From contig VRVR01000053.1 of assembly GCA_009859145.1 (NCBI GenBank), forward strand, positions 1 through 64,000: 64,000 bases of DNA. The letters run 5' to 3'. The stretch is from Andalucia godoyi And28. Lineage: Eukaryota; Protista; Jakobida. The position numbers and the translations under genes are program-made. Positions 34,341 to 43,308 of this stretch are shown here, piece after piece. Each line of letters starts with the position of its first letter. Position 1 is the stretch's first letter. Below the pieces are notes generated by a model. The model was not told the DNA's origin and ran no database searches. It saw only the letters and a list, made by a program, of their open reading frames with translations.

Positions 34341-34590
34341 GATACGATGATTGCACTCTGCTTTTCTTGCGTCTCCCAGACCGCTGTTCGTTTGTTTGCT
34401 TGTTTGCCTATTGCTTCGTTTTTCGGATTTCTGGTTTCCTTAAATTCTTTTTTGTTTATATTATTGAATTGACGTGGTTTCATGATTTTGCGGTCGGAAA
34501 GTGGCCGAGGGGTCTCGCACCTGTAAAAACACGAATGCTTCGTATGTACACAAACAACAAATCATCGATTACGTGTGTGCACTTTCGATG

Positions 34591-36372
34591 TCAGCAGAGC
34601 GGTGGGGGAGACCTGTGATCTGCCGGCACCGAACTTGGAACAGGGACCAGGTGGAGGTGCGGTGGGTTTGACTGCACAACACAAGCAGATGGATGCTTCG
34701 CATGCGAACCGTGCGGAGAACAGCGACACTCTAGCAGCCTGCGGGCAGAGTCGGGATGGATGTGCAGGCGATGATGGTGCGTCACGAGAGCAAGAACTCG
34801 TTTTTCATTCAGCTGCGTGTTGAAAGCACTCTGGACAACGACTCGGCCGCCGACAAACCGAGAAACGCAAAACCGGCCGTTCTTGTCATAGCCCATCACG
34901 ACGCGCCTGCCCACGCTTGATGCCGTCGGATGGTTGCATCCCAAACGGATGCATGCATGGAGCTGAGAATGCGGATGAAGCATCGCAGCTCTTTCGCGAG
35001 GCAAGCGCTCGAAAACTGAGCTTGTTCCTTGGGAGTACACGATGACAAGAGCGTCTCGTGAAGACACTGGAACAAGCACATCGCGCTTGGGCAAAATCAC
35101 AGTGTCCCACACGCTCCTCCACTGGTCTACAATCCGCATGCGAACCGGAAATCGGGTAGTATTGCACACTAGCTGGCAATCACTTTCATACACTGGGGCA
35201 GGAGAATTCGGAAAGTACAGCATGGCTTCCGGGTCAATTTGACAAGTAGACGTCGTACTTTCGTGGTCTGTTGCGGGGGTCTCATTTCCCCTGCATGCAT
35301 TGCCTGCCCGTTCTCGAGGAGTGAGCTTCCCGTGACAAGACTGCACAGGAATCGGCAACACCGAGAGTGGCGGAAGTCCGTCCACAAGGGCTGCGTCGTC
35401 GACGGACATTCGACGGCATCTCTTCCTTACCACATTACAACGAAGAAGCTCTACAATGGCCTGCGTATTCGCCGATTCATTTGCCTTTTCTTCCTCTGCA
35501 GCAACACCACTGTCCCTGCTGTTGCTGGTGCTGATGCTCATCTTTGATGAGTTTTCGTTCCATACATTGTGTCGTTCTCGCTCAGGAGACAAGAATGAAT
35601 TCCGCTTACTCATACCCAGGAGAACAGCATTGGACTCGGACTTTCGCATACGGATGATAGTTGCTGGTCTTTCCGCCACCAACGGCGTCAACAGTCCGGA
35701 CTCGGGGTGACACGCCACATCATGCCCGTTACCGTCACTGTTGCTTCTCTCTCGGTTGCCGTCCGAAGAGGCGGAGCCAGACAGTGCGCCGAGATTGGTG
35801 TCCATCGACCGTCGTGCATGCGGACTTTGCGGAGCCATGTCGCACACAGTGTCTGTATCTGTATCTGTATCCAGCAAGCCCACTGACAATTTCACAGACA
35901 CAAACTCATCATGTTCATGTTGATGTTGATGATGATGGTGGTGGTGGTGGTGGTGGCGGTAGTGGTTGTTCTTGTTGTTAATGCTGCTGCTGCTGCTGTT
36001 GTTGCTGTCGTCGTCGTCGTCGTCGTCGTCACATCGGACGACTGGTGTTGTGGAAGGCGGAGGTGGGACTCCGTGCATGATCACCGACTGGCTGTACGCA
36101 GTTGGTCGAACAAGACAAGGATCCGAGGACTGATGAAGAAGAATGCTTGGTGGCCGTTGGTGGTAAATCGTCCGACGACTGCTCGTGCTGCCACGGACGC
36201 CAGGCGAGGCACCCTTTGGAGAATCCTCGCATCCCTCCGAGGTGGCATCCGAAATCATATCTTCCGTCACGCTGTTATGTCGCTTCAGCCAAGGCATCAT
36301 CACACGATGGAGCCCGGGATCCACGATGTTGCTGTCGCTGCTGCTCACTTTTTTGGAAAATCCACAACCCAT
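34591..36372 (-). CDS. Hypothetical low-complexity protein with N-myristoylation/palmitoylation-like start
   Basis: Long ORF. Start placed at MGCGFSKK because the upstream in-frame sequence is microsatellite. Confidence 0.6.
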   Translation of the reverse strand: MGCGFSKKVSSSDSNIVDPGLHRVMMPWLKRHNSVTEDMISDATSEGCEDSPKGASPGVRGSTSSRRTIYHQRPPSILLHQSSDPCLVRPTAYSQSVIMHGVPPPPSTTPVVRCDDDDDDDDSNNSSSSSINNKNNHYRHHHHHHHHHQHQHEHDEFVSVKLSVGLLDTDTDTDTVCDMAPQSPHARRSMDTNLGALSGSASSDGNRERSNSDGNGHDVACHPESGLLTPLVAERPATIIRMRKSESNAVLLGMSKRNSFLSPERERHNVWNENSSKMSISTSNSRDSGVAAEEEKANESANTQAIVELLRCNVVRKRCRRMSVDDAALVDGLPPLSVLPIPVQSCHGKLTPRERAGNACRGNETPATDHESTTSTCQIDPEAMLYFPNSPAPVYESDCQLVCNTTRFPVRMRIVDQWRSVWDTVILPKRDVLVPVSSRDALVIVYSQGTSSVFERLPRERAAMLHPHSQLHACIRLGCNHPTASSVGRRVVMGYDKNGRFCVSRFVGGRVVVQSAFNTQLNEKRVLALVTHHHRLHIHPDSARRLLECRCSPHGSHAKHPSACVVQSNPPHLHLVPVPSSVPADHRSPPPLC

Positions 36373-36474
36373 TTCAAAACCCAAGCACCACTGACCGATC
36401 CTTGTTTTCCTCCTTTTTAGAACAACAACAAAATAAAGAATTAAAAAAAGAACACGGAACAAGGAACAACAACC

Positions 36475-36518
<44 letters not shown>

Positions 36519-37180
36519 TTTTTGTTTTTAAAAAGAAAACAAAACAACGCGTTCTTTTTCCTGCTTTTTCCCTGTTTTTTCCCTTTGAAAGTTTCAATTC
36601 AACCAAGAGTATAAATATATACTGCACTTGCAGAAATTGCGGGCGGAAAGAGGACACCTCTCAGCTTTCAGTGTGCCAGCAGATGGAAGTCGTCTGACGT
36701 TGTTGGTACTTGGCCAGTCAAGGCATGTTGCTTATCCCCCTTGTCCTTTTTCCTTGGCGAGAACATGGGTATGAGGAAACCTGGGAAAGCGCGTCGCAAT
36801 GTGGTAGCGGTTAGAAATAGCATAGGCGACGCAAAGGCAAAAATAACAAAATGGTGAATGCGCAATAGCGGGAAACGAGGAAGCGGAGCACGAGAGAGAT
36901 ATTTTTGTCCGTCGGGGTTGCCTTTTTAGGACGGGAATTTCCGCTTCGTCGGCATTTTGTCCAAAGCCGGGAATACTCGAGTTGGCTCCATTTGGTTCAA
37001 GCATTGAATCCCCTGCTCTCTGAGATGCCAAACCCGAGTGAGTAGCGCTTCTTAAGCGATGCTGCGCGGATGCGTGCACGTTTCGGAAAAACTCGATTCT
37101 GAAATATCTGACATCACGAACTCGGAAACAACCAATACTACTACTACTGCTGCTGCTGCTACCACGACGTGTTGGCCCCT

Positions 37181-38255
37181 ATGAGTTGCACTGATTTTGA
37201 AAAGATAAAGGCGCTGGCGAGCTGCAAGGGACTGACGGTGTCCTCGATGATTACTTATGTGATTCCGTCGTCCGTTAACGGCCTTTAGCCATGCGCTGTC
37301 CTTTGTTGCAAAGGAGCAGGCGACCGCGTACAATATCCGGGACCGGTTGAATCGCCGCAGCGTCGTCCGCGGTCTTACGGTCCTTCGTGAGCGCCTGCTC
37401 AAGCTGTCTTCCGAGGAAAAGAAGCGCAAAGCAGTCGAAGAGAAGGGGCTCGGGTGTCTTGTGGGTATTGAGGAACACGGAGACGAGATTGTGGAGTGCT
37501 TAGTACCCGTCGCGCCGTTTGACCGAGGCTGCTATTTTTGCAAATCCACGTTTGAAGTCGATGCAATGCTGTTCCACTTCGACGAGTCGCAGCACGCAAG
37601 TTGTGGCCTCGTCAAGATGGATGGCCACGAGTGCGTAGTGGGCCTGCTCACCGAAGGCCGGTTTGTGGTGCGAAAGACAGTGTGGGCAAACATTGCAAAA
37701 CGACACAAGAAAGGCGGGCAAAGCAGCTTACGGTTCGCAAGACTTGCGGAAGAGTCTCGGCAAGCATACGTCCAAGAGTGCGTCGATGCAGTGCACGCAG
37801 CGCTCAAGCCCGACTACCCAATATTTGCATTCGGGAGCGAAGAACTGCTGTCGATGCTTTTGGCCAGCAAAGCATGTTTGGTCGAGCTGATCAGGAAACA
37901 GGCAGGTCCGTCGGTCCGCTCAGATAGTCCTTTTGGAGTCGCAAAGAGCACCGTCCAGGAGTGGATGGCAGCTTGGAAAGAACAGCACAAGGAGACCCCG
38001 GCCGTCGAACGATTCCAAGAGCTTGTGCACCGGCACCCAGACATGCTCGTATTTGGAGTCGCTGAAGCCCTCCAGCACGCCGTGGACTGTCGGTCGTTTA
38101 TATGTACCACCCAGGTCTTCCATACCCTCAACGAAGACCCTGCAATCCAGGAAAAGTGTGTGGAAATACGCACAGAGTCTCCGCATTATGCGTGGATCCG
38201 CGCTTTTGGCATTGTAGGACTGCGATTCAGCGCCGCTCCAGCAAAGTTTGCCTAA
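37181..38255 (+). CDS. Divergent eRF1-family class I release factor, about 357 aa, requiring a +1 shift at 37283-37289
   Basis: Frame 0 gives MSCTDFEKIKALASCKGLTVSSMITYVIPSSVNGL* (compare eRF1 [20 protein letters not shown]). The +1 frame gives SHALSFVAKEQATAYNIRDRLNRRSVV (compare TASNIKSRVNR), YFCKSTF (YxCxxxF) and KKGGQSSLRFARL (GGQ). Confidence 0.85.
37283..37289 (+). other. Candidate programmed +1 ribosomal frameshift site CTT-TAG-C
   Basis: Lies exactly at the frame break of the eRF1-like gene and parallels the bacterial prfB site CTT-TGA-C. Confidence 0.65.
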
Positions 38256-39064
38256 TTACCATCTCCTATTCCTCTACCATGTTTCCTTGTTCCTCCCCGC
38301 TCTCCCTAAATTAAAAGGTTCCTATTCTTTTTCTTCCAGGAAAGACAGACATCATGCTGAATTGACACTTTAGAAGCAGTTGCAGCCGACATTGTACATG
38401 AATCATCCATGGCCATCGCTGACTATGCATGATGACCGTACAACAAGCTTGCTCTTCAAAACCATTCCCCGACGTCTGAGAAAACTTCGGGGAAAAAGAG
38501 TGCGATCGGGGTCCTTTCCAGGCTCGAACCTTCAGTCCGAGACTGTGCACAGCGTCTTTCTTATTTGTCCCGGTGAGAGGCGTAACCGTGCCGAGTACCA
38601 CGAGTACTGCATCAAATTGCGCCAAGAGCCATTCAATGAGATCGATGTTGTACATGTGGTGAGACCCTCTCGTTCAGACGCTTCTGATCGGTCGCATGAC
38701 GAATTGAGCGGCATTGATCAACAGAAAGAGAAACGTTCGTAGGGCGTAGAATCGCTTGAGTCGCTGGAGACCACATAATTAGGTATAGGAGAATCGGTAA
38801 TTACGCGGGGCTGCCGGATCTTTGGGGTTTTCAACAACCCTAGGTTGCAGGAAAGGGAAATGGTTCACTGTTTTGGAAGGCCCTAACCCTACCCATTCAC
38901 CACATTTTCGAATTTTCCAATGGTCCCCACAGTTCCCAATCAGCCTTCCTGTTTCTTCCAATTGGGTTTTCTTCCTTTTGGTCCTTCTTCTTTTTTCCTT
39001 TCCTCTCTCTTTTTTTTTTTCTTTCTTGTGTGTGTCGCTGCGTTCATCCTTTTCTGCTTGAGAA

Positions 39065-39679
39065 ATGACCGGATCCAAGGCCATTGTCGTAGACGCCCGT
39101 GCCCATCTTTTTGGAAGACTTGCATCAGTTGTTGCCAAGCAGCTGCTCCAGGGACAGCGTGTTGTCGTTGTCCGCTGCGAGGAACTCAACGTTTCGGGTT
39201 CTTTGTACCGCAACCACCTCAAGTATGCCGAGTGGAAGCGTAAGCGTTTCTCCACGAACCCTACTCGTGGTGCCTTCCACTACCGTGCACCGTCTCGTAT
39301 GTTCTTCCGCGCTGTCCGCGGAATGATCCCGTACAAGACCGTCCGTGGCCAGGCTGCCCTTGAGCACCTGAAGGTGTTCGACGGAGTGCCTCCCCCATTC
39401 GACAAGGTCAAGCGCATGGTTGTCCCTGCAGCCCTCCGCGCAATGCGTCTTGCCCCGGGCCGTGAATTCACTCGCTTGGGCGATCTTTCCAAGATGTACG
39501 GCTGGAACGCACACGACGTTGTTGCACGTCTCGAGGAGAAGCGCAAGGCTCGCTCTCAGGCTTTCCACCTCCGCAAGAAGGCTCTTGTCAACATCCGTGC
39601 AAAGGCCCTCAAGACGGTCAGCAGCAACAAGGATATGCAAGCAAAGGTCATTGCACCTCTCGCTGCAGTCGGATACTAG
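39065..39679 (+). CDS. RPL13A: 60S ribosomal protein L13a (uL13)
   Basis: [41 protein letters not shown] and [10 protein letters not shown]. Confidence 0.98.
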   Translation: MTGSKAIVVDARAHLFGRLASVVAKQLLQGQRVVVVRCEELNVSGSLYRNHLKYAEWKRKRFSTNPTRGAFHYRAPSRMFFRAVRGMIPYKTVRGQAALEHLKVFDGVPPPFDKVKRMVVPAALRAMRLAPGREFTRLGDLSKMYGWNAHDVVARLEEKRKARSQAFHLRKKALVNIRAKALKTVSSNKDMQAKVIAPLAAVGY

Positions 39680-39908
39680 ACGCTTTTGATTTCTTTGTTA
39701 CCTTCTTGTCATTTCTCTCTGTAAGCAGCCAATCCATTTTTTTTAAAAAGAAAAGAAAACCGAAAGTCAAGGTCAATTTCTTGTGCTTGTCTGTCTGTCT
39801 GCCATGAGCCAATCGTGTACGCAGTGTTGCGCTTTACCCATCCCATATGTTTTTATTCTGCTTAAAAACGGATACGACGTGTCCACGAATGACGAAATCG
39901 TACTGGTA

Positions 39909-40112
39909 TCAGCTCTTTCCAGCTTCACGTTCAGACGACGCGTGCTTCTTGACGCACTCCTGGAAAGCCTGGATTGCGTCCTTGCAAGCTTCTTGCTTGT
40001 ACGCATTATCTGCTAAACAAAACTGAATCGCACATGCCTTTGCTTGGCACGGCCCGTTGTCCGTAGACTCGGCCTCCCACTTTTCCCCCTTCTTGGACGC
40101 CGAGTTTCCCAT
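39909..40112 (-). CDS. CMC4: Cx9C-motif protein (CMC4/p8-MTCP1-like)
   Basis: PCQAKACAIQFCLADNAYKQEACKDAIQAFQEC matches the CMC4 cysteine spacing. Confidence 0.75.
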   Translation of the reverse strand: MGNSASKKGEKWEAESTDNGPCQAKACAIQFCLADNAYKQEACKDAIQAFQECVKKHASSEREAGKS

Positions 40113-40406
40113 GACACTCCCGCAGACACAGTTTTTCGTTCCTCGAGAACGAGAGCCGAGGACGATGAGCAGCAAAGCTCGCCGTTGAATAATAACACGT
40201 CATTGTCATGCATACAGAAAGAAAGTATGCATAGACACGGTCAATACTGGCCGACAGTAGCACGTTTGCTTCACAGGCATTCGTGCTTACGCACGCTCGG
40301 CCAAAATTCAGCCTGCGACACAGGCTCTGCATTTTCGACACTCTTTAACGCAGCATCCGTAGCCATCTATTCTATCATTCGTTGGTTTCACTTTTTTAAT
40401 TCAAAT

Positions 40407-40771
40407 ATGGGCGTGAGTGCGCTGGGACGACGCATTCGCCTACGCCTACGCCGCCCGATGCAGGGCCTCCTAGGTCCCGCAGACCTCCTAAAAGACCACG
40501 TATCTCCAGTTGCATCAATCGCTGCAACTGAGGGCTCGAAAGCGCCTGCTGCTAGGGCCGTCAGAATCAAAATGCACCCTTCTCAAGAACAACGTGTCAC
40601 GCTGAGAAAGTGGCTCACCGGTTGATCGAGATTGGGAACGGAGCGCGGAACATTTATCTGAAGAACGCCGTGAGGCGTGTTGGGGGCCTATCCCCTTCCC
40701 GACAACGGGGATGCAAGACTGAATATGCATGTCTATTCGTAGATATGCAGCATGTTCAGTGTATAATGTAG
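40407..40771 (+). pseudogene. Fanzor/TnpB remnant: N-terminal HTH fused to RuvC-III
   Basis: RAVRIKMHPSQEQRVTLRKWL (40554-40616, HTH_OrfB_IS605-like), then VDRDW, one extra G at 40636, and NGARNIYLKN (40621-40666). Confidence 0.85.
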
Positions 40772-40775
40772 GCGT
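40679..40775 (+). ncRNA. Candidate omegaRNA (guide-RNA scaffold) of the Fanzor element
   Basis: 17-bp stem with UUCG loop (40719-40759), potential crossing stems at 40679-40712, and GCCTAT(40686-91)/GTAGGC(40768-73) pairing. It overlaps the ORF 3' end, as in TnpB/Fanzor loci. Confidence 0.6.
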
Positions 40776-40971
40776 TTTTCAAAGACTCCCAAGCTGCGCG
40801 TGTCCCAGCGACCGTAATAAATTCGTGCTCCACGTTCCCGGACTGTAGTGCCCCGGGACCAGTGATTGGGTTGGAGCAAAGAACAATCGTATGTGGCGAT
40901 AAATACAAAGAATAGGACATTCGAAGAGCGTGTGGAGAGGGGCGTATTGTACATACTTGTATGGTGTTTGT

Positions 40972-41487
40972 ATGAGTGGAAGCGGGGACGAGCGCAGAGA
41001 CGGGCGTGGAGGCAGAGGCGGCGTTCATCGGAAGGATCTATTGGGACGTTCCGACCGCGAGTACGAGACGGCGGAGCGCATCAATGCGTCGTACCGGACG
41101 GACAAGATTGAGCGGACAAAGAGCTCTACGGCCGGTGCTTCGTCCGCAGAGTTTTTTAAATATCGGAAGCAAAAGCAGACGGAGGCAGAGCGACTGGCGC
41201 GGCTTTCCAAGGCTGAGAAGGAAAGGGAGGCGGACGCGGCCTGGCTGGACCACGCAGTGTCGATTGCCGAGAAGGAGGAAAGGGCGACGCGCAAGCGAGC
41301 GGCGAAGAGAGCCAAGCGAAAACAGTGCAAACGAGCCCGGAGAAGCTCCACGGACCCGCACAACGACACCAGCAGCAGTCACAGTGACAGTGACAGTGGC
41401 AGTAGCAGTCGTAGTGACGACGCGCATCACAGCGATGATGACAGCGACGGCAAAACCAATCCATCCAACAGCTGTAACATTAAATAA
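40972..41487 (+). CDS. PRKRIP1: PRKR-interacting protein 1-like (DUF1168)
   Basis: SSTAGASSAEFFKYRKQKQTEAERL...TRKRAAKRAKRK. Confidence 0.8.
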   Translation: MSGSGDERRDGRGGRGGVHRKDLLGRSDREYETAERINASYRTDKIERTKSSTAGASSAEFFKYRKQKQTEAERLARLSKAEKEREADAAWLDHAVSIAEKEERATRKRAAKRAKRKQCKRARRSSTDPHNDTSSSHSDSDSGSSSRSDDAHHSDDDSDGKTNPSNSCNIK

Positions 41488-41937
41488 CCCTCTTTCGCTC
41501 CCTTCCTCGACTCTCCAGTCCTCAGTCCTTGAAATTCGAATTTCTCGTGTCTCGTCTTTTAATTTTTCCTTTTTGTGTTTCTCCAGCTGTTTTTGTCATT
41601 TTCCTTTTGTTGTAATTTATGTATATTTCCATATATATATATATATATATATATTTTATATTAATAATAATAATAATAATAACTTTTAATTGATTTTTTC
41701 TTCTTCTTTCTTTTTGGCTTATTTATTTATTGGTGCTCTTTTGCTGGAATGCGCCGTGTGATTTTCCGCAAGTTTCCGCAGTTTGCAGCGGTTCCTCTGT
41801 GCCATCTCTCGCTTTACGGTCATTCACAACAAGAAGGACAGCAACTGCGGGCGTTGGAAGCAGAAGAAGCAGGAGGAAGAGGGGAGAGAGAAGAAAGAGA
41901 AGGAGGAAGAGAGGTGCGGTCTGCAGACCGAGTTGCA

Positions 41938-43107
41938 ATGGATGGAAATCGCGCTGTGAGACATTTGGACCCTTACGAGGCTTCTTTTGCACGGACCGCT
42001 GTTCTTGTCGCTTTTGGCGCGACTTGCAAGTTTGTGACGAACTTCTTGAATAAGACGCATATTCGCGGGATTGAGCACTTTACAAATGCCTATGCTGCAC
42101 AAGGTCCGCTGTTGACTGTGTCGAATCACACGTCTGCGGTGGACGATCCGGCAGTTGTGCTGTCGCTTTTGAATGTGTCTGATCTTGCAGATTCAAAGCG
42201 GATGAGATGGACGCTCTGTGCGCACGATCGGTGCTTTTCGTCGGGCGTGAAGGCCCTGAACGAGTTTTTCCATGCGGCAAAGGTCATTCCTGTTGTGCGT
42301 GGGAAGGGGCTACGGCAGGACGGAATGGAATTCGCAAAACACAAGCTCGAGAATGGCGACTGGGTGCACATCTTCCCCGAAGGCACTCGCTCACGGGATG
42401 GATCGCTCGGTGCAATTCGGTCGGGCGTCGGTATGCTTGTGGCGGAAAGCAAGGTGCTGCCGACAGTCATCCCCATTTATCATGCTGGAATGGAAAATCT
42501 CCTTGGAGTCGGCGCAGTGCTGCCAAGTGTGTTGGAGCACGTGCACGTTGTGGTCGGCGAACCCATCCCGCTGGATGATTTATTCACGAATTCAGCGGCT
42601 TTGCAGGCGCAGAATCCCGAAACGAAGGGCGTGTCTTCGCTGTTTTTGAACAGCAAGGTTGACGGCGAGGTTCTGAAAGAGGAACTCTACCGGAAAGTAG
42701 CAGATCGCATCGGGGAAACGATGTGGAGGTTGCGACAGGTCACCTTGAAGTGGAGAGCTGAACAATTGGCCGAGATGGAAAGGCTCCCAAACTACGCGGA
42801 AACAATGGCAGACATGGGGATGTTCGAGAACCCCGTGTGGACTGCGACAAAATTCGTGGACGAGAAGCCGGACGAGAAGAAGTTCAGGCTGGCCAAGTTG
42901 ATTCGGAATGTTTCCAGGAAAGACTTGCTCGCCGAAGCAGTCAACGACGAGGAGAAGAAATGGCTGGTGCGACATTGGACGGAATCCGACCGCTTGCGAA
43001 AAATCTGGAGGGAAAAGAAAGAGCGCATGCGCGATCGGCAACTCCTTTGGTATCAGCGTCTTCTTTCCAAGTGGCATTCAGTAATGCCAATGAAGAAGTC
43101 GTCGTAG
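41938..43107 (+). CDS. TAZ: Tafazzin (phospholipid transacylase)
   Basis: LLTVSNHTSAVDDP, MRWTLCAHDRCF, WVHIFPEG and IPIYHAGME. Confidence 0.92.
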   Translation: MDGNRAVRHLDPYEASFARTAVLVAFGATCKFVTNFLNKTHIRGIEHFTNAYAAQGPLLTVSNHTSAVDDPAVVLSLLNVSDLADSKRMRWTLCAHDRCFSSGVKALNEFFHAAKVIPVVRGKGLRQDGMEFAKHKLENGDWVHIFPEGTRSRDGSLGAIRSGVGMLVAESKVLPTVIPIYHAGMENLLGVGAVLPSVLEHVHVVVGEPIPLDDLFTNSAALQAQNPETKGVSSLFLNSKVDGEVLKEELYRKVADRIGETMWRLRQVTLKWRAEQLAEMERLPNYAETMADMGMFENPVWTATKFVDEKPDEKKFRLAKLIRNVSRKDLLAEAVNDEEKKWLVRHWTESDRLRKIWREKKERMRDRQLLWYQRLLSKWHSVMPMKKSS

Positions 43108-43308
43108 GAACCCCAAACGCACCCCCCCTCCCGTGTAATATAAACGAAACAATGAAACGATGCCGGTAGACGGACGCGTCGACAATTTTTCTGCTTGTTT
43201 ACCATTTGATTATTACGTGTTGTTGTTGTTTTTTTTAAATTAAAATTTAAATATAAAAACCTTGCAAATCAGAAAACACCTACCGCCAAGAACGTCATTC
43301 ATCCGTTC

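Larger units (their letters stand above)
40175..40775 (+). mobile_element. Non-autonomous, internally deleted Fanzor/TnpB-type element, copy A
   Basis: Shares 5' and 3' segments with 1277-1647 (minus). The interior carries TnpB/Fanzor N- and C-terminal motifs fused across a deletion. Confidence 0.85.

Noticed and set aside
37267-37288. 22-nt GT-AG segment whose removal would also restore the eRF1-like reading frame
   Set aside because: Donor GTCGTC is unlike the GTATGA seen in the one real intron, there is no clear branch site, and splicing would delete about six residues that align with eRF1. Less likely than frameshifting but not excluded without RNA data.
38330-38742. A second CTT-TAG and short ORFs downstream of the release-factor gene
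   Set aside because: The +1 frame closes after a few codons, there is no suitable upstream ATG in the zero frame, and there is no homology.
40836-40858. TCCCGG/CCGGGA hairpin downstream of element copy A
   Set aside because: Absent from copy B and only 6 bp. Treated as flanking sequence.
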